Source of the DNA: a virus
Lineage: Duplodnaviria > Caudoviricetes
IMG/VR virus record: IMGVR_UViG_3300028377_000012
Span: 1-60,450 of that record
DNA: 60,450 bases
Strand: one strand, 5' to 3'
Part shown: positions 19,106 to 29,531 of the stretch, in pieces
How positions within the stretch are numbered: position 1 is the first letter of the stretch
Layout of the letters: each line of letters begins with the position of its first letter
The notes under the pieces: generated by a model
The model's input: only the letters and a program-made list of their open reading frames with translations
The model's database searches: none
What the model was told of the DNA's origin: nothing
Program-made: the position numbers and the translations under genes

Positions 19106-20195
19106 GCTCTTTAAATGCGAATGTTTCTTTTACAATCTTGTTAACTTCGGGGAGTAGGTATTTATCCCAAAGCTCTTTGTCACTTTGCCACTCTTTATAT
19201 TTACCAAGCTTGGTTTCAACGCCCTCGATTTCAATATAATAATTATGCCCCTTACCCTTTTCACCCTTTGCGTCCATTGTGTAAAGGTTTGGAAGCATGT
19301 CTAATACCTCTTTCAACCCACTATACCGATCTATGCCAGTTACGTAATTAAGATAACACTCTACCTTCTTATGTGGAATCGCACAACGATTTTTCTGGGT
19401 AAATAAATTAATATTTTGACCAGTGTAGTTCAAATTGGCCATAATAGATTCAACGTCAAGTTCATTCCCTTTATCTTGTTTAAGCATTGTTGCGCTAACA
19501 TTAATCATTACGGTTGATACAAGGGTAATAGCATTTCCTCCACCTTGTTCCTTGAATGCAGACTCATATTTAGTATTTGGATTTGCAATCTCGTGATTAA
19601 TAAGAAGTAATGGACACTTTGACTTAGCTACTTTGCCTTTAATAGCTCTAAGAAAGGTTTTTATCATTTTTGCCTTAAGTCCCATATCCATGGCTACTCC
19701 ACTTGCATTACTACCCGCTGCATCGTTCAATTCTTTATTAGATGTTATAAACCCAAGCGAATCTACAATAAATAAATATTTACCAAATTCTTCATTCTCG
19801 ATAACTTGATCAATAAGTTTAGTGCATTGAATAATCAGCTCTTCGATAGACTCAATTGGGAGGGTCAAAACGTTTGATGTATCAACACCAAAACTTTTTT
19901 CCATTCTACCATCCTTATCAAACTCCGTATCAAAAATGATAGGGGTCATGCCCTTATCTTGAGCACCCTTCTGGGCAAGTGCTGAGATAAGTGACTTACC
20001 AGACTTTGAAGGGCCAAATAATGTCGTAACTCGACCGCATGGCAATCCTTTTGTGCAGTCTGCACTTATAATCGCATTTAAACCTAAGAACCCTAGATCA
20101 ATCCAGTCGGAAATCTTTGCAAGACCTGTTTCATCATCTAATGGGGTTGCAAATGCGTTTAACTTTTTGGCTAATTTAATAATTGAAGATGACAT
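19098..20195 (-). CDS. uvsX: RecA-like recombinase
   Basis: GPSKSGKS, FDTE, IVDSLG, DMGLKAK, LINH, GGG, KNR. Confidence 0.93.
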   Translation of the reverse strand: MSSSIIKLAKKLNAFATPLDDETGLAKISDWIDLGFLGLNAIISADCTKGLPCGRVTTLFGPSKSGKSLISALAQKGAQDKGMTPIIFDTEFDKDGRMEKSFGVDTSNVLTLPIESIEELIIQCTKLIDQVIENEEFGKYLFIVDSLGFITSNKELNDAAGSNASGVAMDMGLKAKMIKTFLRAIKGKVAKSKCPLLLINHEIANPNTKYESAFKEQGGGNAITLVSTVMINVSATMLKQDKGNELDVESIMANLNYTGQNINLFTQKNRCAIPHKKVECYLNYVTGIDRYSGLKEVLDMLPNLYTMDAKGEKGKGHNYYIEIEGVETKLGKYKEWQSDKELWDKYLLPEVNKIVKETFAFKEHG

Positions 20196-20199
20196 AATA

Positions 20200-20583
20200 T
20201 TAATCTACCATGTTTACAACCTTGTTTACCGATTCTTCAGCAACACGATCATCAAATTGTTGCTTTAGTTCCAAATACTTTTGGATGGTTGATGTATAGA
20301 AGTTAAACATATCATCAGTGATGACCTTATTATTAAACTTATTTGTAATCTTCGAATACGTCCATACACCTTCGCCAATATCATCAAACAATTCAACATA
20401 TGCTGTTGGAATAAGTCGGAACCCCATTTGTTTAGTTTGCTGATCTTGATCCGCTTGAACTATAGCGGGGTTTCGGATAGCAACAAAGCTCTCATTTTCT
20501 TCTACAGTCTCACCAATAATAAGACGACCAAGATTATCTTCAAAAATTACTACATTTTCCTTTTTTAGTTTTGTATTTTCCAT
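20200..20583 (-). CDS. Hypothetical protein (possible Sm-like fold)
   Basis: IIGETVE...IRNPAIV pattern; own sigma70-type promoter at 20590-20617. Confidence 0.6.
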   Translation of the reverse strand: MENTKLKKENVVIFEDNLGRLIIGETVEENESFVAIRNPAIVQADQDQQTKQMGFRLIPTAYVELFDDIGEGVWTYSKITNKFNNKVITDDMFNFYTSTIQKYLELKQQFDDRVAEESVNKVVNMVD

Positions 20584-20613
20584 ATTTGTATTATATCAGA
20601 TAAAATCGAGAAA

Positions 20614-23262
20614 TCAAGTAAAATCTAAAAATTCTTCAAATATATCTATTTTTGTTTGTTTATTAGGTGATGATAAGTGCCATTCAACCGCAGCATAGAA
20701 CTGATTAACAACATCTTTGACGCCCTTCTCGAACATCAAATTTTTATTTATCTGAAATATCGATTCAAATTCCTTTGGATAATTATCAACATAGGATATC
20801 ACATTGATATTATATTTATTGGTAGAATGGAGATATAGATATTTAACTTTATCCCCATTTTTAATTTTTGGATATAAATTAGTAATACCTAAGTCTTTTA
20901 AAATCTTATTATAATAATATGCACCACGATAATGGGCAAGCATTCTTGGCGCAGTGTTCCAATCAATACATTTTTTTGCATACTCGTCATATTTATTCAT
21001 GGATTTAATTTGAGCTATATCATCATGATCCATCTTAGAAAAGGCTTCAAACGATTTGGTATATCTATCATCACATGATTTTTTATTACGGTTCATAACC
21101 ATATCATGAAGGATTTCTTTAACTAACGGTTTTAAGGCAGTTGGCATACTTGAGGATACCAATCTAATCCCTTTGTATTTCCAACGTTTCGATTCTTTAT
21201 CAACATGAAATCCTTCATTATTTAAAATATGGAGAATATAATTTTTAGGGCATAGAAACAACGCTTTATCTGCAATTGATTCCATCTTGAACTCAAACCT
21301 ACAATCTTTTGAATTTAATTCAACTTCACCCCACCTCTTAATCGATTTATTGAGTGAATTTTCGATACCATCACAGAGCTTTAATACATCTTGGGTGACT
21401 CGACCAGTAGTTTCATCAATAAATTTAATATTATACTTATTACATAAGTCCTTGATTATCAAATAGTTGGAATCTGTATCACAATATTCAACTCGGTCAA
21501 TCACTTCATCCTCTTTTAATATATTTTGGCAGATTTTATTCAAGAAATTTGATGATTCCTTAATAACATGTTGACATGTAAGGGTTACAGACTCTGCTAT
21601 ATCTAAATCAGACATACATGCATACTTATTACCGCTACTTCCGTATAAACTATTTATCAAAATTTTATAGGTCATTTGAAATACATCATAAATGATATTT
21701 TCATCCTTTAGTTTTTTCTCTTCAATTTTAGATACGCCAGCCTCAAGTTTTATATTATTTGCCTTGATTTTTGACTTAAACTCTAGACGTTTGTTATAAA
21801 CTTCATCTACAATCTTAGGAAAAATACCTTGTTTATCTTGTCTAAACAAAATATTTGATTTACTTACTGCAATATTGTTCTTTTTAATAAACTTATCTAA
21901 ATTTTCTCTTGTTATAGTTGTTAATTTTCCAGATGTATCGATAAAATCAACCTTATCACCATATTCTCTATCAATCTTTCCGACCTTAGTTTCAGGTGAC
22001 GCATTTAAAGTAACCATAGTCATCGGATAAAGAGAGTTTAAGTCATATGATACAATTTGTTCACAAAATTTATATAATGGCTCTTTAACAAATGCGCCAT
22101 CGTATGTTCTCCATTCAACACCTTCCTTATTGAAAGTTGGAATGATTTTTCCATCTTCATATGCATTGACTGCACAGTATCCATTGATGATAGGTATCGT
22201 ATCCATCGATTTATTCAATGGTGTCATACCCATATAACTCAATAATCGCGCAACCTTCAAAAAGTTTAATCGTTCTTCTAACAATCTGATAATATTTACG
22301 TCTTCAATATTATAAAACACATATGTGTCCCAATCATCAATAGCTAACTGGTATAAATTAGAACTATCAAATTTAACTTTACCAATACCAAGCTCAATTT
22401 CGGCAATTGTGTCTAGTTTTCTATTTGGAACTGGTTTGAAATTAAATTTCGCATACAATTCGAAATAATCCAAGATAGTAATACCACCTAGAGTGTAGTC
22501 TCTAACGTATTGAGTAAATTGTGCTTCCATTCTCTTAGGGCGATTCACTTCACGAACATCATCAACAGGTGATAGCTCTAAATACGTGTCACCTGCTAAC
22601 AATTTCATCATTCGGTTAACAATATATGGTATATCAAAGGTTAAATTCCACCCTGTAACAACATCTGGATAGTCTTCTTTCCAATAATTCAGAAATGCCT
22701 TAAGAAGATCTGGTTCCGTAGCATGAGTAGTTGATACAATGTCAAATTCATCCTTAATTTTGTCATATCTATCGCGATTTTGTCCCGTTAAATTATCTGG
22801 ATTAAAATCATTCTCTAAACAGAACACCCTATACTCTTTTTTCAAAGAATTATAAATGGTTACTACATTAATTGGATATTTTGCTTCCCATTCGTCAGGA
22901 AATTCATCAGGGGATGGACATTCAATATCAACCGCAAAGATAGATAGGGGAAATTTTGAAAAATCTTCGTGTTTATTATGTTTACAGAATGCATCAATCA
23001 AAAAGTTTTGCTCAACTGGAAGATTATTGTATATGCGAACAATTTTTGAATCCTTTACGAATTTATAACGGTCATAGCTGTTCTTAAACGTGCGCTTCTT
23101 AAGGTTTCCACCAAAAATAGATACTGCATCGGCTTCATTCCCCGTATCCAGATATAGGTATGGCTCATATTGAAAGTTTTTCGTAATACGATTACCATCA
23201 TTGTCCCATGTGAATAACTTCACCATGGATTTTGCATTACTGTAGACTATATTTCTATACAT
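20614..23262 (-). CDS. gp43: Family B DNA polymerase (gp43-like)
   Basis: DIE exonuclease motif, TGWN..FDIPY, SYDLNSLYP, KILINSLYG, YCDTDS. Confidence 0.97.
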   Translation of the reverse strand: MYRNIVYSNAKSMVKLFTWDNDGNRITKNFQYEPYLYLDTGNEADAVSIFGGNLKKRTFKNSYDRYKFVKDSKIVRIYNNLPVEQNFLIDAFCKHNKHEDFSKFPLSIFAVDIECPSPDEFPDEWEAKYPINVVTIYNSLKKEYRVFCLENDFNPDNLTGQNRDRYDKIKDEFDIVSTTHATEPDLLKAFLNYWKEDYPDVVTGWNLTFDIPYIVNRMMKLLAGDTYLELSPVDDVREVNRPKRMEAQFTQYVRDYTLGGITILDYFELYAKFNFKPVPNRKLDTIAEIELGIGKVKFDSSNLYQLAIDDWDTYVFYNIEDVNIIRLLEERLNFLKVARLLSYMGMTPLNKSMDTIPIINGYCAVNAYEDGKIIPTFNKEGVEWRTYDGAFVKEPLYKFCEQIVSYDLNSLYPMTMVTLNASPETKVGKIDREYGDKVDFIDTSGKLTTITRENLDKFIKKNNIAVSKSNILFRQDKQGIFPKIVDEVYNKRLEFKSKIKANNIKLEAGVSKIEEKKLKDENIIYDVFQMTYKILINSLYGSSGNKYACMSDLDIAESVTLTCQHVIKESSNFLNKICQNILKEDEVIDRVEYCDTDSNYLIIKDLCNKYNIKFIDETTGRVTQDVLKLCDGIENSLNKSIKRWGEVELNSKDCRFEFKMESIADKALFLCPKNYILHILNNEGFHVDKESKRWKYKGIRLVSSSMPTALKPLVKEILHDMVMNRNKKSCDDRYTKSFEAFSKMDHDDIAQIKSMNKYDEYAKKCIDWNTAPRMLAHYRGAYYYNKILKDLGITNLYPKIKNGDKVKYLYLHSTNKYNINVISYVDNYPKEFESIFQINKNLMFEKGVKDVVNQFYAAVEWHLSSPNKQTKIDIFEEFLDFT

Positions 23263-23268
23263 TTATGA

Positions 23269-23297
23269 AGTTTACCACGTAAGATGAGAAAAATCAA
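23269..23297 (-). promoter_or_regulatory. Sigma70-type promoter of DNA polymerase
   Basis: TTGATT-N17-TAAACT, extended TG, 6 nt before ATG. Confidence 0.6.
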
Positions 23298-23302
23298 TCC
23301 TA

Positions 23303-23635
23303 TTATTTGATTAGATTTTGTTCTTCTTCATATAACAACTCCCATGCCCGTAGTGATCTAGGCATAGATATATTTTCGTTATGATATGACGATATAAGTG
23401 ATTTTCTAGTTTCATCTGTAGATCTCGCGTAAAACATAGTTTGAAGTTGCTCACTATCGCACCCCCAACCACTAGAACATATATAATCAGTAGTGGGGAT
23501 ATCTAATTGTTTACACATGTTGAAAAATGCAACCTTTAATGGCTCCCGTAATAACATATCTGCCCCCAGTGGTAGTTTATTTCTATCGACAGGACCAATT
23601 TCAGCAGTCCAATATTCTAATTTTTCACTTTCCAT
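23303..23635 (-). CDS. Hypothetical protein
   Basis: 110 aa ORF. Confidence 0.65.
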   Translation of the reverse strand: MESEKLEYWTAEIGPVDRNKLPLGADMLLREPLKVAFFNMCKQLDIPTTDYICSSGWGCDSEQLQTMFYARSTDETRKSLISSYHNENISMPRSLRAWELLYEEEQNLIK

Positions 23636-23645
23636 TGTTTAATAA

Positions 23646-24815
23646 TTATTGTAATTTGTTTAATTCTACTCGTTTAACATCGCCGTATGGATTATCATAA
23701 AATTCTTTCCATTTGATTAAATTATCATCTAGCCAATATTTTTCTGACGCTATTCGAGATTTTCTACACGCCTTTATATAGGAATTTGAGTCAATTGTCA
23801 AGCTTTTTATCTGATCATCCAATTCTTTAGGCGTATCAAAGGTATAAAGTGACCCATCGTATGTTTCAATACCACTTTGACATATACACGGAATTCCCAT
23901 TGCGCCAAATTCGATAAATTTGATATTACTCTTGGATCTGTTAAAATTATTTTTCAAAAGAGGGGCAATACTTAGATCAATCTTCAATTTTTGAATAGCA
24001 TCTGGATATTGAGGAACAGGACACCCCCCATAAAACTCAATCTTGCCAGATTTATACAAATCAACCAATTTTCTTGAAATTCCTCCAAAAAATACCCACT
24101 GATATTGATTTACTGTCTTTCTAACGAATTCTTCGAGCTTTGTGAAGTCATCTTCGACCGCACCTGACCCATAATGGCTTGCACTACCCGCATACAGGAT
24201 TCTTGGTTTCTTTTTATGTTTTGAAAAATTAATTTTTGTCTTTTGTTCATCCCAATACCGATCTAACCACGATTTTGGGATGTAATTTGGAATAACTGTA
24301 ATATTTTGATTAGAAATCTTTGATCTAAAGTAGTCTCGCATGAATTTACAGGTTACAGTCACCTCATCACTCATGTTCATCATTTCGATTATATTGCCTC
24401 TAAAGTCATTCCTTGCATATGATGATCGATTTCTATTATATAGGGGAATATCCTCATATAATGGGATGTCGTCAAGCTCATAAACCAACCTTACACCCTT
24501 CTTGTCGCATATTTTACGCATGATCTTAAATAATTCGAATTGATTGGTGCTTACCTGCCTTTGCATACGCACCACATCGACCCCATCGTAAAATTGTTCA
24601 TTGAACATTACCTTTCTACAGTCAGAAATCCATGAATTATAGGTATAATTCATCATATATGATGGCCAAATCATTCTGTAAGCTGAACACCCACTGTTAT
24701 CCGCCACGTAATTAACCCCTTTGATTAATTCTGCCTTATCTTTTATTGGAGGTGTAACTATTTGTGGGGGTCTAATCCCAATTGGATTCATCTGAAATGC
24801 TGGTTTTCCTATCAT
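23646..24815 (-). CDS. GT-B fold glycosyltransferase
   Basis: GCSAYRM, YELDD, VIPNY, YAGSASH, IAPL..NNFNRSKSNIKFIE; start moved to MIGKP. Confidence 0.85.
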   Translation of the reverse strand: MIGKPAFQMNPIGIRPPQIVTPPIKDKAELIKGVNYVADNSGCSAYRMIWPSYMMNYTYNSWISDCRKVMFNEQFYDGVDVVRMQRQVSTNQFELFKIMRKICDKKGVRLVYELDDIPLYEDIPLYNRNRSSYARNDFRGNIIEMMNMSDEVTVTCKFMRDYFRSKISNQNITVIPNYIPKSWLDRYWDEQKTKINFSKHKKKPRILYAGSASHYGSGAVEDDFTKLEEFVRKTVNQYQWVFFGGISRKLVDLYKSGKIEFYGGCPVPQYPDAIQKLKIDLSIAPLLKNNFNRSKSNIKFIEFGAMGIPCICQSGIETYDGSLYTFDTPKELDDQIKSLTIDSNSYIKACRKSRIASEKYWLDDNLIKWKEFYDNPYGDVKRVELNKLQ

Positions 24816-24869
24816 TTTTTTCCTAATCTTATGTTTGTTTGTTTTTTTGAAATAATCTGAGCACAATCC

Positions 24870-25200
24870 TTTTTTATATTATATATTAAATAATGGTAAT
24901 AAATTATATATCAAGATTTCTATGTTAAAAAATTTAGTTCTTGTGATTGCTATAATATTTAGTATAATCCAAAATAAAACAAGTGTCCCCTACGGGGGAA
25001 TGTGTTAAATGTTAAAAATTACTAAAAAATTAGCAAAAATGTTGTTTCGGCTTCGCCTCAACGGGGGGAGCTATATGTTTTTGTTTTTTAGGTTGAAAAT
25101 CTGTATATTATAGGTATTAAAGTCTTTAAATACACATTTTTATAAATAATTTCATATACCCCCTTGATTTAAACCCCATCATCTGGTATACTCCACCAAT
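24870..25200. other. Divergent intergenic region with GC-rich hairpins; candidate replication origin or control region
   Basis: Strand switch; TCCCC-TACG-GGGGA (24986-24999), GGC-TTC-GCC inside GTTG..CAAC, AT-rich tract, promoter TTGATT-N17-TATACT. Confidence 0.35.
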
Positions 25201-25202
25201 AA

Positions 25203-26069
25203 ATGTTTAAGAAACCAAAAAATTACACCAATAAAATATCCATATATACTTCAAAATTCATTTTAGATAGATGTGATTTGAAAAATGAATGGAAACGTTT
25301 AAAAAATGAAGGAAGACTAAAGGACTGTCATACGTTTGTCGTGTTTCGAATGCATATGGGACTGATTATTAACTTTTTAACATATTCTATTAATGATTCT
25401 TATATCACTGGAATTAATAGGAAGAAGCTACAACAAGTATCTACTAGCGAATTATATAGACCATGTATTGAAATATTAAAAAAACATAAAATAATTTTCA
25501 TTTGTGGGAAAGATGTTGACCATGAGTCATATGAAGTTGGTAAATACAGTAAATCTTATAAATTTAATCTTAAAATGTATCAATTGACGAATGATACCTA
25601 TGTAAAGATTGATATAGTCGGGACAAAGATGAAGAAAAAGGTATCACTTCGGATCGCTGACTTACAAGTATCAAAGCATTTACTGCACTTATTTGGAAAA
25701 AAAGAGTTTAAATTCAATTATGTTGTTCAAACGCCGATCAAAAATATATCGAACGGAATTAAAGACATCAGGGATATATTTTTTAATGAAACTTTGTATG
25801 ATAAGGCCGAATCAGTGGTTATGTTTCATCCACAATCTGCACTAGATGGTAAGGAAAGGTCAAATAAATGGTTTATTATTAGAAGAATTAAAGAAGTGAC
25901 AGGGTATAGTGCGTATGTTAATGATATGTATATGATTTCCATTAAACAATTGCAGGAACTGCGCCGAAAATTAGGAGATATTGGGAAAAACGCTATTAGA
26001 TTTGCTAATGAAAAGGATAATATAATGAAAGAATATGGACTAAATACATTAAAAATGTGTTTTAGTTGA
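25203..26069 (+). CDS. Basic hypothetical protein, putative DNA-binding
   Basis: 288 aa Lys-rich; helix followed by YEVGKYSKSYKF wing-like segment. Confidence 0.6.
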   Translation: MFKKPKNYTNKISIYTSKFILDRCDLKNEWKRLKNEGRLKDCHTFVVFRMHMGLIINFLTYSINDSYITGINRKKLQQVSTSELYRPCIEILKKHKIIFICGKDVDHESYEVGKYSKSYKFNLKMYQLTNDTYVKIDIVGTKMKKKVSLRIADLQVSKHLLHLFGKKEFKFNYVVQTPIKNISNGIKDIRDIFFNETLYDKAESVVMFHPQSALDGKERSNKWFIIRRIKEVTGYSAYVNDMYMISIKQLQELRRKLGDIGKNAIRFANEKDNIMKEYGLNTLKMCFS

Positions 26070-26088
26070 ATTTCATAAATAATTATAC

Positions 26089-27111
26089 ATGAAGGCTAAG
26101 AATAATGTTCACTATTTTGAAGTTACAGATTTAATCACCCAATTTATATCTGCATTTGATAGTATCATCATTGGCAGATTTAATAAGGATAGGACAAATG
26201 AGCAATCCATTAGGGTTCAATTTAAATATGGATCTAAACAGCGCATTATACATAGTTTAGTTAATAAAGCTGAACATTTAACCTTACCTATCATATCAGT
26301 TGACTTAAAAAGCGTTGCAAGAGATAATGACAGAGTTTTAAATAAACAAAATAGTCATTATATCAAAGGGAGTAATGTTAGTTACGAGATTCCTCAACCA
26401 GTTCCTGTAAATATATCAATAAATATGAGTATTATGACTCGTCATGCTCAAGATATGCACCAAATTATTTCTAATTTTGTTCCATATGCCGACCCATATA
26501 TTATTATTTCATGGAAACTTCCACCAGAGTTATCTGCAATTGGAACTGAATTAAGGACAGAGGTGTTGTGGGATGGTTCTATTAATTATGATGATCAACC
26601 AGATAAAGGCGAGGCTGATAAAAATCGGATCATGGTTGATACATCTTTTATAATCAAGGGGTGGCTGTTTAAACGCCACCCAGATACTGCAATTGGAAAT
26701 ATTTATGAAATAGATGCTGATTTTATTCCTATTGCTTCATTTTCAGATATGGCATTGGATAAATCCTTATTAGATGTTGATTCACTAAGTATTTCGGCAT
26801 ATCCATTGATCACTGCAACCAAAAATGACACATTTGTTAATGGAACTTCACCAACAATAAAGTTAGAAGGTGATAATTTTGATTATACCACAGCGGTCTA
26901 CCTGTCGTCTGATAGTTTGGGTGCTATATCTGACCCTATATCGTCCTATACGGGCTTTGATGGCGCACTACTAACTTCGTATACTATCACTAATGATAAT
27001 GTAATATATATTGATGTTCCTCAGTTGCAAGATATCGGAAAGTTAGTGTTTATTGTTGAGAATCAAAGTGGTTTTGATGTCAGTGATGTTGTTAATATTA
27101 TCAATATCTAA
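26089..27111 (+). CDS. gp15: Tail sheath stabilizer/terminator (gp15-like) with C-terminal Ig-like extension
   Basis: VQFKYGSKQR, LTLPIIS, PVPVNISINMSI, QIISNF; late promoter CATAAATA 26074-26081. Confidence 0.85.
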   Translation: MKAKNNVHYFEVTDLITQFISAFDSIIIGRFNKDRTNEQSIRVQFKYGSKQRIIHSLVNKAEHLTLPIISVDLKSVARDNDRVLNKQNSHYIKGSNVSYEIPQPVPVNISINMSIMTRHAQDMHQIISNFVPYADPYIIISWKLPPELSAIGTELRTEVLWDGSINYDDQPDKGEADKNRIMVDTSFIIKGWLFKRHPDTAIGNIYEIDADFIPIASFSDMALDKSLLDVDSLSISAYPLITATKNDTFVNGTSPTIKLEGDNFDYTTAVYLSSDSLGAISDPISSYTGFDGALLTSYTITNDNVIYIDVPQLQDIGKLVFIVENQSGFDVSDVVNIINI

Positions 27112-27635
27112 TTAAAGATAAATCGATTTTTAGTTTCATCAAATATTTTCTTATCTAAGAATGATAATTCATATGTTTTGACGAATGAACTGAGTTTTGC
27201 AAAACTTTTTTTAGAATTTTTCTTTTTACACTTTAATATCTCTTTAATCAACCACTCATTTAATTCGGGATTATCTTCAATCAGTTCTTCATATGTCTTA
27301 TTTTTTACGATGACCGCATTGACTGGATAAAGTTTAAAAAATTTTTCAATATTAAGGAAATATGTATAGTTAAATTCTTCTACAGTAACATATTCGTGAA
27401 TTTTTGTGATATCAGGCTTACCTATAATGTAGAACGTGCGACCTTGATGATCACTTAATTTATTAAGAAGTGTTTTACTAAGATAATTGAAAAATAATTT
27501 TTTATATTGCCTTGAATTAACACTAAATTTATCCCAATCAATATTTTGGTCATACAGATTGTCAAAGAGGTCACATTCTGTGACTACATAAATTTCTTTA
27601 TGAAAATCTTTGATTGTATGGTTTAGAACCTGCAT
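27108..27635 (-). CDS. Hypothetical protein
   Basis: 175 aa ORF. Confidence 0.65.
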   Translation of the reverse strand: MQVLNHTIKDFHKEIYVVTECDLFDNLYDQNIDWDKFSVNSRQYKKLFFNYLSKTLLNKLSDHQGRTFYIIGKPDITKIHEYVTVEEFNYTYFLNIEKFFKLYPVNAVIVKNKTYEELIEDNPELNEWLIKEILKCKKKNSKKSFAKLSSFVKTYELSFLDKKIFDETKNRFIFN

Positions 27636-27680
27636 ATGGATATTATATCACAAAAATTACAAAATGCAATAAATAATTAT

Positions 27681-28097
27681 ATGCGCGACGAAGACACATT
27701 GATGTTAGAATTAATATATGAATCACTATCTGAAGTGAAAATCAGTAACGATAATGACAATTCAGCGTTCCAAGATAGGGTTAAATTCACATTAGGTGAT
27801 GCTATATTAGACTTAGGCAAATCTAAGTTCTGGGGTGTTGTAGAATTATTTGTCCCAGAAAATATGCGCAGACAAGGCATCGCATCTAAATTATTACTCG
27901 CAGCAGATGAATACTTAACATCAGAGGGATATAGATCTCAAGTAAGTAATGATGCATCAGTGAAACTACATTATGGATTAGGATTTAGAGCGTTTGATAA
28001 TGATGAAGAATTATCAGTCGATGATACCATAAAAATTCGCGAAGAGTGGTCATCAGTAATGATGCTATCACCGAATTTTATAAAAAATTCAAACTAA
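27681..28097 (+). CDS. GNAT family acetyltransferase
   Basis: LFVPENMRRQGIASKLL acetyl-CoA motif, NDASVKLHYGLGF; start set 5 nt after AATAAATA. Confidence 0.8.
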   Translation: MRDEDTLMLELIYESLSEVKISNDNDNSAFQDRVKFTLGDAILDLGKSKFWGVVELFVPENMRRQGIASKLLLAADEYLTSEGYRSQVSNDASVKLHYGLGFRAFDNDEELSVDDTIKIREEWSSVMMLSPNFIKNSN

Positions 28098-28633
28098 TCA
28101 TTCGCTCCGAATTTTTCTAATAATGTAGGAATTTTAGTATATTTAGTCCGAGGTTTTCTAGTTTTCGGAGTTAATTTACATTTATCTGGACACCAAGTTG
28201 ATGTAAAAAACTTTATTGGCACAACTTTATTCACAAATATTCCATGTTTTACAAACATCCATTTTTGATTTATAGAAAAGTTTTTATCGCCACCGTGTTT
28301 GTTAAATGACCCTTTGATATCTATCACATAGTTATCAGATATTTTATCTAATGGATCTTCTAATAGTTTCCATCTATGACCCGCAACTATAGTGAAGTCA
28401 GGTGTGTAAATGTGTGGGTGCAGTAAAAACTTTTCAACGGTCTTAGTTTTAGTTTTCAACTGTTTCGTTACAGTCATAGTTTGCTTTGGGGATAGGTCAT
28501 ATGTTACATCATTATATGAAAAACTTTTTACAAAATCATATTTAACAGCTTCTTCTAACCACATATAAAATTCAATTTCTTCATCGGAATCAAATTCTAT
28601 ATCATTGTATGTTGGTTTATTCCCCTTTGACAT
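28094..28633 (-). CDS. PD-(D/E)xK endonuclease (DUF1064-like)
   Basis: FDSDEE, YTPDF, VIDIKG. Confidence 0.75.
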   Translation of the reverse strand: MSKGNKPTYNDIEFDSDEEIEFYMWLEEAVKYDFVKSFSYNDVTYDLSPKQTMTVTKQLKTKTKTVEKFLLHPHIYTPDFTIVAGHRWKLLEDPLDKISDNYVIDIKGSFNKHGGDKNFSINQKWMFVKHGIFVNKVVPIKFFTSTWCPDKCKLTPKTRKPRTKYTKIPTLLEKFGAND

Positions 28634-29084
28634 TTTTTTTCTTCCCCTTCTTTTTAGCTTTTTTCTTTGGGGTATTTATACCATCCGTAATTTTATTTCT
28701 ACGGATCATAGACATCTTCTTATCTTTACCATATGACCCAAACATGTTACGCGCATCGCCAGTAGCGTATGTATCACTTGATGGCGCACCCATATCTGTA
28801 GCAGTGCCGCCTATACCAGCACCACTAGTATCCATTTCTTTAATTATAGTAGATGGGTTAATTTCTTTAAATGTTTTATAAAATAAATTAGTTGTTCGTT
28901 CAATAAACAAGTAATCTTTCAAACTATTTTCAGTTATTTGTTGTCGCCTCTTGTTTTTACCATCTACGTATGATATAATAATATTCTTATTCTTTGATTC
29001 CAAAGATAATAACAATTTAAATTTACAACCCTTCTTCTCAGTGAAGAAAATCTTTTCAGAAAATACTTTTTTAAACAACCCCAT
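28617..29084 (-). CDS. Hypothetical late protein with basic tail
   Basis: Start 5 nt after TATAAATA (29090-29097); internal IKE site. Confidence 0.6.
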   Translation of the reverse strand: MGLFKKVFSEKIFFTEKKGCKFKLLLSLESKNKNIIISYVDGKNKRRQQITENSLKDYLFIERTTNLFYKTFKEINPSTIIKEMDTSGAGIGGTATDMGAPSSDTYATGDARNMFGSYGKDKKMSMIRRNKITDGINTPKKKAKKKGKKKNVKGE

Positions 29085-29099
29085 ACAATTATTTATATT

Positions 29100-29528
29100 A
29101 TGAACAAACAAAAACAAGATGTAGAAGAAATCGTTAAGGGATATATTGAAGAATATTCAAAAGATGTTAATTTCGATGAAACGAGATTGCGCGAATACGA
29201 ACTAATTATACCTGGCCTAAAGGGTAAATGGAGCGGATACAAAGCTATCAATAAAGCTAAACTTAATAAACTAAAGCGCGAGCGTGAATCACTCCTAGAG
29301 CATGGTGTAGACGCAGTGTATAATCAGAAGAAGGATGCTGGCGATAATGTCACTAAAAAGGGCGCAGAGGAAATTCTAAAACGGTCTAAAACATTTAAAG
29401 AGATTGATCATAAGGTTGATGAGTTATATGTATTGGTTGAATTGTTCGAAAGTTGTGAGCTAAACATGCGCCAACTTGGATTTGATATTAAAAACCTTAT
29501 CGACACGATCAAGCTTGATGAAATGTAA
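29100..29528 (+). CDS. uvsY: Recombination mediator UvsY-like
   Basis: Helical 142 aa ending GFDIKNLID; upstream of uvsW. Confidence 0.75.
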   Translation: MNKQKQDVEEIVKGYIEEYSKDVNFDETRLREYELIIPGLKGKWSGYKAINKAKLNKLKRERESLLEHGVDAVYNQKKDAGDNVTKKGAEEILKRSKTFKEIDHKVDELYVLVELFESCELNMRQLGFDIKNLIDTIKLDEM

Positions 29529-29531
29529 CAT

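Noticed and set aside
21470-21490. YCDTDS instead of YGDTDS in the polymerase
   Set aside because: Catalytic DTDS is intact and this position varies among family B polymerases
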